Source: Octopus sinensis
Lineage: Eukaryota
Assembly (NCBI RefSeq): GCF_006345805.1
Contig: NC_043018.1
Span: 21,886,001 to 21,950,000, forward strand
DNA: 64,000 nucleotides
Direction of reading: 5' to 3'
The position numbers and the translations under genes are program-made. The notes below the pieces were generated by a model. The model had not been told where the DNA came from. It ran no database searches and saw nothing but the letters and a program-made list of their open reading frames with translations. Within the stretch, counting starts at the first letter, position 1. Every line of letters starts with the position of its first letter. Of this stretch, positions 11,399-24,120 are shown one piece after another.

Positions 11399-11921
11399 TG
11401 AATAATAAATTTGTACTCTACAAGAGTACAGAATATCCCATCAAATTAATGTAAAATTGTTTTTATAATAACTGAACATAAAAACAAACGTGTGTGTTTG
11501 TGTATGTGTACAAATCCCTGCCTAGATATCCCATGATAATCATAAATGAGCAGCATCATGATACAAGCAAAGTCATTCATTTCCAGTCTTTCTTGAAACA
11601 CATGTCTAGCTATGAGAAAGTATTACCTAGCTTAGAAACAAGACAGGTGAGGGTTGGTGACAGGAAGGGCATCCAACCAGAGAAAGTCTGTCTCAACAAA
11701 ATTCCATCCAACCCATGCCAGTATTGGAAAGTGGATGTTAAAATGATGATGATGGTGGTGTGTAGAGTAAAGACCCAAAATTCGTAGTAGCCATGCCTTG
11801 CAAGGAAGCATGACCTGGTAGCCAGTACCATGTTTTCACTAACTGCTTTAGTTGCCTGTGTAGTCATGAGCAGACCTAGACACACCTCAGCTCTCCAACA
11901 CCCAGGGGAACATCAAGGCTG

Positions 11922-12810
11922 TGAAGGCACGTGGCCTAGTGGTTAAGGTGTTAGACTCATCATCGTAAGAATTATGGGTTTGATTCCTAGACCTGGAAGC
12001 ACATTGTGTCCTTAAGCAAAGCACTTCCATTCATGCCACTCCAGTGTATTCTACTGAAAACCTGTAGAATTTGAGTGTTAGCAACTGCCTCTGTCCCTTC
12101 ATAAAGCAACAAAGAAGCCTCTATATAGCTGCTCTAAGAGTTAGAGGTTAGAATACCTTAGGCCACTGGGCCAATCAATCAGGGCTGACCTGGAGCTAAA
12201 CAAAAGCATTGGTTAAAACAAAGTGGGAGTTTCTGTATGGTTGCTCAGGCAGCTAGAAATAGCAGTCAAATATCCCTTGAATAATAAATCCTTAAAAATG
12301 TTTCAGCCCGAAGGCTGCGGCCATGCTGGGGCACAACAAAAAAAAGGAAGACATTAGGTAATATAGTCCAAGATATATTGTACTTGTATAAAAGACAACA
12401 TGCTTGTGGCTGGAATATCTTTGATCATAGATTTGCTGGATGAGAGCTGACCTGGTGCTAAATAACCACAACTACAACCACCAAAACAAAAGCAAACAAG
12501 GGAACATTTATGCAGCTACCCAACCAGCTAGAAAGAGCAGCAAAATATTGCTCATATCAAACTATCATATTAAAAAAAAAAGGAAGAACACTTTAGAAAA
12601 TGTAATCCTAGATACACTATGATTGGATAGAAGACAGACTGGTCATGACTCAGATCATTGGTTTGCTGAATTAGGACTGACCTAGGGCTAAATAACAACA
12701 AAAGAAGATACATTAGATGATGTGTTCCTAGATACACTGTGACTGACTAAAAGATATGCCAGTCATAGCTGAGATGTCTTTTGATCATTGATCTACTGGA
12801 TCAAGATTGG
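11922..12810 (+). mobile_element. Cluster of old SINE fragments (GGGGCTAAACAAC-tailed family)
   Basis: tRNA-like head at 11922; repeated GCTGACCTGG..CTAAA(C/T)AAC and CCTAGATACACT motifs, also at 3237-3410, 18760-18930, 56830-56995. Confidence 0.6.
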
Positions 12811-13107
12811 CCTGGGGCCTGTTAACCTCAATTTCATATTTTGCTATAAATTTTCTTTCATTCAAAAAAAAAAAAAAAAAAAAAAACTAAAAAAAACCAT
12901 AAGACATATGTCATGAAAAGAAAGAAAAAAAACCTAAACATCTATTTGCATATAAATATATTTTCCAATCAAATTAAATGAAATAAGTCTAAATATTCAA
13001 ACACAAAATAGATTGATTTTTCTCCTGTTATAATTATATTTTCTGACATCATCATCATCAATAATAATAATGATAATAATAACAATAATAAGTAAAATAT
13101 ATATATA

Positions 13108-13140
<33 letters not shown>

Positions 13141-13239
13141 AAGTTAATAATAAAAAGCTAACAACAAAATGAAAATATCAAAAAAAAATTAGACAATTTT
13201 ATTTTATATCTCTATCACAAGATGCAGTTTAAGAATTTT

Positions 13240-13300
<61 letters not shown>

Positions 13301-14489
13301 ATTTACAGAATGTGGCTTTTTTTAATAATTTTTTTCTTAATGATCATTTCACAATCTAACGTTGTCGGCATAAAATTCTAACGTTGGTTTTCTAGTTTTT
13401 AGCATTCCTAAACATTTTGGTGAGGAATTTTGAGTTTTCTTGCTTTCACTTCTTCCTACACTAACTACTTTGTTTTTATAATTATCATTATTATTACTAT
13501 TATTACGATTATTATTATTATTATTATTATTCAAACAGTGATTGCTCGAGGAAACAGCAGTGATTCTAACAAACGAACAACCAACAGTTATTATTATTAT
13601 TATTATTTTCTTTTGTACATGGCTGACGTACAAGAATATAGAAATGCACAAAATTTCTTAGCCGAAACTTTTTCCGGCGCTAATTGAAGCTTGAACATTG
13701 TGTTATTTCTTAGACACGTATGTAACTTTCTCCGTCTCCATCCGACAGCGGCAAACTAGCAACACGAAGAGATTGAAAGATAAAAAAGCTCGCCATCTGT
13801 TACTTGAAGAAATAACTACAGAGTAACAGCGTATTATTTATCAACATCTTCCTAAGCTGTATTAAGATAAAATTTCAAAAATGATCTTAAACCATTTCTA
13901 GCAAAATTCAGAAGTTTTCTCCTTCTTCTCTTGCATCTCAGTATAAATCTGTTGCTTTTACTTGATTCCAACATATTGGGACTTTTTTTTTTTTTTTTTT
14001 CTTCCATAAAGAGGAAAATTCTTTGAAACAGTTTTTCTTTGGTAATTTTGCCCGATAATGAAGCACCACAATTCTATAAGCACACACACACACATGTATA
14101 CACATACATATATATATTACTCTACCACTGGTATTTGAGTACTCTTTTTTCCACCTTGTTTCACATTTATGTGTTTACTCCAGTATATATATATACATAC
14201 ACACACACACACATGTATATACATATATATATACACATAAATATATGTACTTATATATACACACACAAATATATACATACATATATAGATACACAAATAT
14301 ATATGTATATACACACACACACACATGTATATAAATAAATAAATATATATATATATATATATAATATATATATACACACACACACGTACACACTAACACA
14401 TACATGTGTGTGTGTATACAGATACCTTTTACTATTTTACTGTTTTTTAATCACTGAACCATGGCCATACTGATGAGATAATGATAAGA

Positions 14490-14795
14490 TAGAGTGTTTT
14501 CAGACTGACATTGTAGGGTAGGTGTGAAAGGTTGGATCTGGTCAGTTCTGGACACAAAACAGAATATTATGTTGGATATGGCTGGTCTAATTCATTACCA
14601 TTCAGATGACTGTCAAATGTAATGCTTATTTATTAACACTGTTTGGAATTAATCAGGTACCATCTCATAGCTTTGAGGTTTCAATGATGTAATTATTTTT
14701 TGACTGACATTGTAGGGTAGGTGTAAGAAGCTGGGTCTAGCCAATTTGAATGTAAAACAGGTAGAATATTTCGGCTGGATATGGTTGGTTTAAAT
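14490..14795. mobile_element. Decayed non-autonomous DNA-element pieces
   Basis: GACATTGTAGGGTAGGTGT occurs twice here and matches 37598-37700 and (reverse) 39430-39630. Confidence 0.55.
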
Positions 14796-15050
14796 ACTGT
14801 AGAACTAATGCACTAAAAACTTTTTTTTTCCTGAATATGCGCTACGGCAATTGCAGTGCATCTAATATAGCCATGTATTTTTTATGCCATCAAATATGGT
14901 ATTTTATTCTCTAATGAAACCAAGAGAAACAAACATTTTCACAAGTGATACTTTCAATAATGTAATTTGTAAAAGACAGGATGGATGGCCATGGTTTAAA
15001 GGCTTATGAGCATAAATTTGTTCAACAAAGGTTCACTAAGTGTTAAACAA

Positions 15051-15480
15051 CATCATTATCATCATCATTTAACGTCCGCTTTCCATGCTGGCATGGATCG
15101 GATGGTTTGACTGAGGGCTGGCAAGCCAGAAGGCTGCACCAGGTTCCAATCCAATCTGGTAAAGTTTCTACAGCTGGATGCCCTTCCTAATGCCAACCAC
15201 TCTGAGATGCTTTGTATGTAGGTGCTTTTTACATGCCACCGGCATGAGGGTCATTCAGGCGGCACTGGCAACGACCAAGCTCGAATGGTGTTTTTTACAT
15301 GCCACCAGCACGGGACCAGTCAACTGGTACTGGTATCGACCACGCTGAAATGGTGCTTTTTACGTGCCACCGGCATGGGAGCCAGTCAGGCGGCACTGGC
15401 AATGATCATGCTCGAATGGTGCTTTTTACGTGCCAATCAGGCAGTACTGTCTTTGGCCATGACAACGATTTCATTTGCCT
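15051..15480 (-). mobile_element. Family-C retroposon with four internal ~60-bp modules
   Basis: (CAT)n tail at 15051-15068; GGTGCTTTTTAC(A/G)TGCCACCGGCA module at ~15221, 15286, 15353, 15418. Confidence 0.8.
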
Positions 15481-15559
15481 CAACAGGTCTTCACAAGCGC
15501 AGTTTATTGCCCAATGATTGAAGGGTACTCCTAAACGGGCTGGTTATGCTGCACTGGCA

Positions 15560-16360
15560 TAGGCCAAAGAAAGTAAGAAGTACAAGGAGGACATGAAGAA
15601 GCACTATGCAGGCAGCACAAAACCAAGCTTTGGCCACAAATTAGAGGCTCAATCTTGGGAATGAGCACGTATCTCCACTGTGCCAAATCTGTAAGAGAGT
15701 GGGTGAAACCATCGACCATATCGTGAATGAATGTTCTGGACTTGGCCAAAACCATTCTGTTGTAGTAACACGATGAGGTGGCAAAATTCCTACACTAAAA
15801 ACTGTGTGAAAAATTGTGGTTAGAGCAAGGCAAGACATGGTATGAGCACAAATCGTAGAGAGTGGTGGAGTCAGAGACCTGCAAAATCCTGCGGTATTAC
15901 CCAATCCAAACAAACCACATGTTTAAGCACAAGCCAAACCTAGTGGTGGTGGACAAGATGAATCACAGGTACTCTATAAGGGATGTTGCGTGCCCTTTTG
16001 ATCCACAAATAGTCAAGAAGGAAAACAAAAAACAAAAAAAAGACATACACAACCCTCTTAAATACAAAATAGCCTGATTATGGAAAATGGAAAAGGTGAC
16101 GATAATGCTTATTATTGATAGGTCCTTGACGATAATATCAGAAGGTATCAGAAAGAATGTAAAGGAATTGTGAATAGAATGCCCAGTAGAGCTGCTGGAG
16201 AAGGTTTGCATCCTTGGCATGATCAGAATCATTGGGAAAGTATTAGTTGAAAAGAACAGAAAGCATGGTACCATAGGCTGCAGGTAGCAAGCCCACAATG
16301 CATGCAAAACTCCATGAGTTCCAACAAAACCTGAGTTAATAATAATAATAATAATAATAA
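15560..16360 (+). mobile_element. Fossil R4/Dong-type non-LTR retrotransposon 3' portion (CCHC knuckle + restriction-like endonuclease + (TAA)n tail)
   Basis: AAQNQALATN; CQICKRVGETIDHIVNEC (15681-15734); frameshift then HDEVAKFLH; KILRYYPIQTNH..KPNLVVVDK..DVACPFD..LKYKIA*LWK; ELLEKVCILG.IRIIGKVL; several stops; ends in (TAA)n at 16338. Confidence 0.85.
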
Positions 16361-16611
16361 TGGTTGTGATGCATGTGCCTGGTGTACCCTTATCAGACGA
16401 GTAGTCATGATGGGTATACTGGGCTTCGTATATTTTACCCCAGTGTCACTTTGATGGCATGAACTGCTCTCTCAATAATAATAATAATAATAATAATGGT
16501 TGTGATGCATGTGCCTGGTGTACCCTTATCAGACGAGTAGTCATGATGGGTATACTGGGCTTCGTATATTTTACCCCAGTGTCACTTTGATGGCATGAAC
16601 TGCTCTCTCAC

Positions 16612-16647
<36 letters not shown>

Positions 16648-16760
16648 GTTCTGATGCATGTGCCTGGTGTACCCTTATCAGACGAGTAGTCATGATGGGT
16701 ATACTGGGCTTCGTATATTTTACCCCAGTGTCACTTTGATGGCATGAACTGCTCTCTCAC

Positions 16761-16796
<36 letters not shown>

Positions 16797-16909
16797 GTTG
16801 TGATGCATGTGCCTGGTGTACCCTTATCAGACGAGTAGTCATGATGGGTATACTGGGCTTCGTATATTTTACCCCAGTGTCACTTTGATGGCATGAACTG
16901 CTCTCTCAC

Positions 16910-16951
<42 letters not shown>

Positions 16952-17487
16952 GTTGTGATGCATGTGCCTGGTGTACCCTTATCAGACGAGTAGTCATGAT
17001 GGGTATACTGGGCTTCGTATATTTTACCCCAGTGTCACTTTGATGGCATGAACTGCTCTCTCACTTAATAATAATAATAATAATAATAATAATGGTTGTG
17101 ATGCATGTGCCTGGTGTACCCTTATCAGACGAGTAGTCATGATGGGTATACTGGGCTTCGTATATTTTACCCCAGTGTCACTTTGATGGCATGAACTGCT
17201 CTCTCACTTAATAATAATAATAATAATAATAATGGTTGTGATGCATGTGCCTGGTGTACCCTTATCAGACGAGTAGTCATGATGGGTATACTGGGCTTCG
17301 TATATTTTACCCCAGTGTCACTTTGATGGCATGAACTGCTCTCTCACTTAATAATAATAATAATAATAATAATGGTTGTGATGCATGTGCCTGGTGTACC
17401 CTTATCAGACGAGTAGTCATGATGGGTATACTGGGCTTCGTATATTTTACCCCAGTGTCACTTTGATGGCATGAACTGCTCTCTCAC

Positions 17488-17535
<48 letters not shown>

Positions 17536-17648
17536 GTTGTGATGCATGTGCCTGGTGTACCCTTATCAGACGAGTAGTCATGATGGGTATACTGGGCTTC
17601 GTATATTTTACCCCAGTGTCACTTTGATGGCATGAACTGCTCTCTCAC

Positions 17649-17687
<39 letters not shown>

Positions 17688-18096
17688 GTTCTGATGCATG
17701 TGCCTGGTGTACCCTTATCAGACGAGTAGTCATGATGGGTATACTGGGCTTCGTATATTTTACCCCAGTGTCACTTTGATGGCATGAACTGCTCTCTCTC
17801 ACTAATAATAATATATAATAATAATAATAATGGTTGTGATGCATGTGCCTGGTGTACCCTTATCAGACGAGTAGTCATGATGGGTATACTGGGCTTCGTA
17901 TATTTTACCCCAGTGTCACTTGATGGCATGAACTGCTCTCTCACTTATAATAATAATAATAATAATAATAATATAATAATAATGGTTTGATGCATGTGCC
18001 TGGTGTACCCTTATCAGACGAGTAGTCATGATGGGTATACTGGGCTTCGTATATTTTACCCCAGTGTCACTTGATGGCATGAACTGCTCTCTCACT

Positions 18097-18127
<31 letters not shown>

Positions 18128-18250
18128 TAATAATGGTTGTGATGCATGTGCCTGGTGTACCCTTATCAGACGAGTAGTCATGATGGGTATACTGGGCTTC
18201 GTATATTTTACCCCAGTGTCACTTTGATGGCATGAACTGCTCTCTCACTC

Positions 18251-18286
<36 letters not shown>
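16361..18286 (+). repeat. Tandem array: 13 x 116-bp constant unit with (TAA)n spacers
   Basis: Unit TGGTTGTGATGCATGTGCC...GAACTGCTCTCTCACT starts at 16361, 16497, 16646, 16795, 16950, 17093, 17233, 17373, 17534, 17686, 17831, 17983, 18134. Confidence 0.95.
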
Positions 18287-18287
<1 letters not shown>

Positions 18288-18517
18288 TTCCTTTCTACTA
18301 TAGGTACAAGGCCTGAAAATTTTGGGGGAGGGAACTAGTTGATTGCATCGACCCCGCCAGTGCATGACAGGTACTTAATTCATCAATCCCGAAAGGATGA
18401 AAAGTAAACTCAAACCTTAGAACACAAGGAATTTGAACTCAGAAAGTAAGGACAGAAAAAAAAATGCTTAGCAGCATTTCGTCCAGCCTACTAACGATTC
18501 TGCCAGCTCACTACCTT
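18287..18517 (-). mobile_element. Decayed OK-like SINE
   Basis: Reverse complement of AAGG..GTGAGCTGGCAGAATCGTTAG head at 18517; its tail merges with the last (TAA)n of the array. Confidence 0.75.
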
Positions 18518-20029
18518 AATAATAATAATAATAATTATTATTATTATTATTATTACTGTTATTCACGCTGCATTGAATACATAATACATCATAATCCTGT
18601 CACTTCTTTTCCATCCTCCATGGATATTATCCACAATCAATATTCCATGTCTAAGTCACAACCATGTGGCATTGGTTGAACGTTTTCACATGTTTTTATA
18701 TAGTCAGCTGTATTGGATAGAGCGCAATATCATGTTTGATAGGGAGAGTTTATGTCATCGTTAACTCTGCAAGAAATAGCAGCTATAATTCCTTCAAATC
18801 ACACCTTGCTACATTTTAGAGAGAGAGAAAAACACACTTTAGATAATGTAGTTAAAATGACAGGGTAGGCATGACTGGAATGTCTTTAATCATATGTCTG
18901 CTTGATCAGGAGTGAGCTGGGGGGTTAATCAAAATTTGTTACAGCCATGACAATGACAATCATAATGACAATTATGATGATGATGATAATGATGACTATG
19001 ATGATGATGATTATGAACTACCACCACCACCACCATCAGCATATGATAAATGCAAGCAACACACCATATCATCATACTAGTTTTATCTGTTCTATGAAAT
19101 TTTGTCACAAATTTTCCCAGATATTTCCTCAGAAGTCTTCTATCTTCAAGATTATTAGATTATCTGAAAATAGTAGACATTCTTAACGAATTTCACGAAA
19201 ATAATAATTACAAAGTGACCGCATTACTTTTGGTTAGCCAATGCTTCCAGAAATGTCACTTCAAAAATTTGACCAGCTGACTGTATCCTGGGATAAGGTG
19301 GAACTAGTTTGGTTCAATTAGCTCTCCAAGATGACAGTGAATGAAACGGAGTTTGATGGTAATGTATTCTAGTGAGACAGAGCCAGATGGTGGAAGAAAG
19401 GAAGCTATAGCCATCTCAGATGTCGTTAGAATGTTTTAATTAGAATAAAGCAGTCAGTGTGAAGAGTACAGCTAATATCCACAGAAATATCTAGGAATGT
19501 CTGACACCTGAAAACTAAAGAGTAAAGTGGAAGCAAAGAAATTTGGATTCATTAAAATTTCCTCGTTAGTGACGAGAACTATTGTTAATCTAAATCACTA
19601 AATAAAAGAATTCTGAATAATAAAAAAAGATAAATAAATAAAGACGGTAATGTGGAATGAGTGCAATTTCTAGGAGTGCAGTAATAATTATCTTTTATCC
19701 TTTTACTTGTTTCAGTCATTGGACTGTGGCCATGCTGGGGTACAACCGTAAAAGGTTTTTAGTTGAGCAAATCAACCCCAGTACTTAGGTTTTTTTTTTT
19801 CAAAGTCTTCTACTTATTCTATCAGTCATTTTTGTTGAACCACTAAGTTATGGGGATGTAAACAAACTAACACCAGTTGTCAAATGGTGGTGAGGACATA
19901 CACATGTGCACACACATATACACATATATAGATATATATACACCCACATATATGTACACAAATATATAGTCATGTGCACATATATACACATATATACACA
20001 CAGACATACATACATATATACATACACAG

Positions 20030-20060
<31 letters not shown>

Positions 20061-20310
20061 TGGCTATAGCCCCAGGCTGACCAATGCCTTGAGGAAGTGT
20101 GATAGATGGAAATTGCAGCAAGCTTGTCGTGTACATGTGTGTGAGTGTATCATCATTACCATTTTATCATCAACATTTTCATACCTATATGAGTAAGACA
20201 AGATTTTGTTGAAGGAAAATTTTCTTTAGCCAGATGCTTTTCTTAATGCCAACCTCTACTGGTTTCTGTTCAAGGCAATAATTCCTCCAGTCTATTTGTC
20301 AAACAACAGC

Positions 20311-22740
20311 CCAGACATGTTTTCACGGAGAACTGCAAACAGATGACGCTGTACAAATGATGAGGTTATGTTTACAACCAGCACGTGCAGGTTCAAGACA
20401 CGGGGTATACATACTCAGTAACACACACAAACATATATATTTATATACGTGTGTATGTGTGTGTGTGTGTGTGAAATGTGCCTGGAAGTTGTCTAACTGT
20501 GATTACAGAATTCAGATGACCAGGCCAGACATGTTTTCACAGAGGACTGCCAACAAACGGCACCATTTGTACAAACGGTGATGTATCGTTTGCAGTCAGT
20601 GCATACATGACATGTCAAGGGGTCTGGACATACTTTCATAGAGTACTGCAAACAGTACAATGCTGTACGAATGGTGAGATTTAGTTTATAATCAGCATAC
20701 ACGTATTCAAGACAAGCTGTATACATACTTGGTCACACACACAAATATATATATATATATTTATATACATGTGTGTGTGTGTGTGTGTGAAATGTGCCTG
20801 GAAGTTGTCTAACTGTGATTACAGAATTCAGATGACCAGGTCAGACATGTTTTCACAGAGGACTGCCAACAAACGGCACCATTTGTACAAACGGTGATGT
20901 ATCGTTTGCAGTCAGTGCATACATGACATGTCAAGGGGTCTGGACATACTTTCATAGAGTACTGCAAACAGTACAATGCTGTACGAATGGTGAGATTTAG
21001 TTTATAATCAGCATACACGTATTCAAGACAAGCTGTATACATACTTGGTCACACACACAAATATATATATATATTTATATACATGTGTGTGTGTGTGTGT
21101 GTGTGTGAAATGTGCCTGGAAGTTGTCTAACTGTGATTACAGAATTCAGATGACCAGGCCAGACATGTTTTCACAGAGGACTGCCAACAAACGGCACCAT
21201 TTGTACAAACGGTGATGTATCGTTTGCAGTCAGTGCATACATGACATGTCAAGGGGTCTGGACATACTTTCATAGAGTACTGCAAACAGTACAATGCTGT
21301 ACGAATGGTGAGATTTAGTTATAACCAGCATACACGTATTCAAGACAAGCTGTATACATACTTGGTCACACACACAAATATATATATATATTTATATACA
21401 TGTGTGTGTGTGTGTGGTGTGTGTGTGAAATGTGCCTGGAAGTTGTCTAACTGTGATTACAGAATTCAGATGACCAGGCCAGACATGTTTTCACAGAGGA
21501 CTGCCAACAAACGGCACCATTTGTACAAACGGTGATGTATCGTTTGCAGTCAGTGCATACATGACATGTCAAGGGGTCTGGACATACTTTCATAGAGTAC
21601 TGCAAACAGTACAATGCTGTACGAATGGTGAGATTTAGTTTATAATCAGCATACACGTATTCAAGACAAGCTGTATACATACTTGGTCACACACACAAAT
21701 ATATATATATATTTATATACATGTGTGTGTGTGTGTGTGTGAAATGTGCCTGGAAGTTGTCTAACTGTGATTACAGAATTCAGATGACCAGGTCAGACAT
21801 GTTTTCACAGAGGACTGCCAACAAACGGCACCATTTGTACAAACGGTGATGTATCGTTTGCAGTCAGTGCATACATGACATGTCAAGGGGTCTGGACATA
21901 CTTTCATAGAGTACTGCAAACAGTACAATGCTGTACGAATGGTGAGATTTAGTTTATAATCAGCATACACGTATTCAAGACAAGCTGTATACATACTTGG
22001 TCACACACACAAATATATATATATATTTATATACATGTGTGTGTGTGTGTGTGTGTGTGAAATGTGCCTGGAAGTTGTCTAACTGTGATTACAGAATTCA
22101 GATGACCAGGCCAGACATGTTTTCACAGAGGACTGCCAACAAACGGCACCATTTGTACAAACGGTGATGTATCGTTTGCAGTCAGTGCATACATGACATG
22201 TCAAGGGGTCTGGACATACTTTCATAGAGTACTGCAAACAGTACAATGCTGTACGAATGGTGAGATTTAGTTTATAACCAGCATACACGTATTCAAGACA
22301 AGCTGTATACATACTTGGTCACACACACAAATATATATATATATTTATATACATGTGTGTGTGTGTGTGTGTGTGTGTGAAATGTGCCTGGAAGTTGTCT
22401 AACTGTGATTACAGAATTCAGATGACCGACCCAGACATTTTCACAGAGGACTGCAAACAAACGGCACCATTTGTACTAACGGCCACATATTGTTTACAAT
22501 CAGTGCACACATGCCAAAACATGTCAAGGGGTCCGGACATGCTTTCACAGTGTACTGCAAACAGACGACACAATGCAATTGGTGAGGTTTAGTTTACAAC
22601 CAGCACACACATGTCCAAGACAAGCTGTATACATACTCAGTCGTACACAAACATATATTTATATATGTATATGTGTGTGTGTGTGTGTGTGCATGTGTGA
22701 AATGCGCCTGAAGGTTCCTCTAACTGTGATTACAGATCTG
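20311..22740. repeat. ~317-bp tandem satellite, six near-identical units plus diverged flanking units
   Basis: GAAATGTGCCTGGAAGTTG at 20473, 20789, 21107, 21427, 21741, 22059, 22379 (periods 314-320, varying with (GT)n/(TA)n). Confidence 0.95.
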
Positions 22741-22809
22741 AGACGACTAAAAATGTAAATAGGAGTTTTGTGAATGAACACAGACCGATATAAAAGCTTA
22801 AATATCTAG

Positions 22810-22877
22810 GAAGAAATGCCGAGGGACGTCTGTTGGCAGAACATTTAATAAATTCAGTGCTAACATATTTGATGCAA
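22810..22877 (+). CDS. Candidate internal exon, unidentified (xRNAEGRLLAEHLINSVLTYLMQ)
   Basis: TCTAG acceptor (weak tract), CAA|GTAAGC donor, 68 nt; two frames open. Confidence 0.25.
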
Positions 22878-23282
22878 GTAAGCTGGGAAAAAAAAAAAAA
22901 AATTCAGTTAATTGAAATTGCACTCGTAATCAGTCATTCAGATAATTAATGTTCTCCTCGCTAACGACGTAATTTTAATTAATTAAAATTTCATGGTTTA
23001 TTACATCGAGTGTCCTAGTGCCCACTTTACTACAGAATCACTGAGTCTTGTACAGACATATGAGGGTGTGGGGCAGGGCAGACAGTAATGCCACGAATGT
23101 CATGATGAGGATGACCATAAAAACTGACCACTGTGTGTGCATATACATACATATATAGCTGTTTTCCAAACTAACATGTGTTCCACAGGAGCTGGCAAGC
23201 CAGAGAACAGCAACAGGTTCCAATGTCTACTTTGGCATGGTTTCTAGATGCCCTTCCTAAAACTATATATATATATATATAT

Positions 23283-23585
23283 CACTGTGATCAACCAGGC
23301 TATCAGATGTTGCTACACATCGCTGGTCACAATGCGCTTCGCATTGCTTTAGCTTTCAAATGACGCCACCCTGCTGGCTAAGTGAGCAGGCCAGCAGAAG
23401 AAAGAGTGAGAGAAAGTTGTGGCGAAAGAGTAAAGCAGGGATCGCCACCACCCCCTGCCGAAGCCTCGTGGAACTTTTAGGTGTTTTCACTCAATAAACA
23501 TTCACAATGCCCGGTTTTGGAATCGAAAGCGTGATCCTACAACCACGAATCCGCTGCCCTAACCACTGGGACATTGCGCCTCCAC
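23283..23585 (-). mobile_element. tRNA-headed SINE, family-A head with a different tail
   Basis: 23405-23585 aligns with 200-377; 23283-23400 instead matches 31290-31405. Confidence 0.8.
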
Positions 23586-23979
23586 ACACACATCTACTTT
23601 TCCATGTTCGCATGCTCAAATGAACTTCATTGACACTGACAGATTTTCTAAGGCCAGATGCTCTCACTGTCACCAACCTTCAGTTTCCAAGCAAGACAAT
23701 AATTTCTTCCAGAACATCTTCAAGTCTAGCGATGATACTACTAAACCTACTATTTGAAACCATCCCTTCCTCTACAACATGATTGACTATATAAGTGGCT
23801 AGCAATCTACCTTACTCTATCAGGTTTTTCAACAGGCCATGGTCTTTGGTTGGCCCGAGGCTATAATAGAAGACACTTGCCCAAGGTGCTACGCAGTGAG
23901 ACTGAACCCGGAACCATGTGGTTCGTAAGCAAGCTACTTACCACACAGCCACTCCTACGCCTATCTATCGACCCCTTCA

Positions 23980-24112
23980 TCGAAGGTAAAATTTTTTCAG
24001 GGGTCCTTGAAATGCTATTGTAGATTCCCAATTTACTATTTTGTCGCATGGACTCCCAAAAATCTTATATGGATCCTCAGGGACCATATGGACCCACAGT
24101 TGAGAACCACTG
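23980..24112. mobile_element. hAT-type MITE right half
   Basis: Ends GTTGAGAACCACTG; body similar to 37930-38042. Confidence 0.6.
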
Positions 24113-24120
24113 CTCGATAT

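Noticed and set aside
12864-12890. Poly(A) run as a processed-pseudogene tail
   Set aside because: No upstream ORF, no TSD.
16385-16402. CTGATAAG in the 116-bp array unit (minus) as a ribozyme core
   Set aside because: G8 missing and no downstream GAAA.
16338-18286. CRISPR array
   Set aside because: Repeats are 116 bp, spacers are only (TAA)n, no cas genes, eukaryotic context.
20493-22312. Five repeated 77-aa minus-strand ORFs (MYTACLEY...)
   Set aside because: Follow from the satellite unit; no domain resemblance or splice/promoter support.
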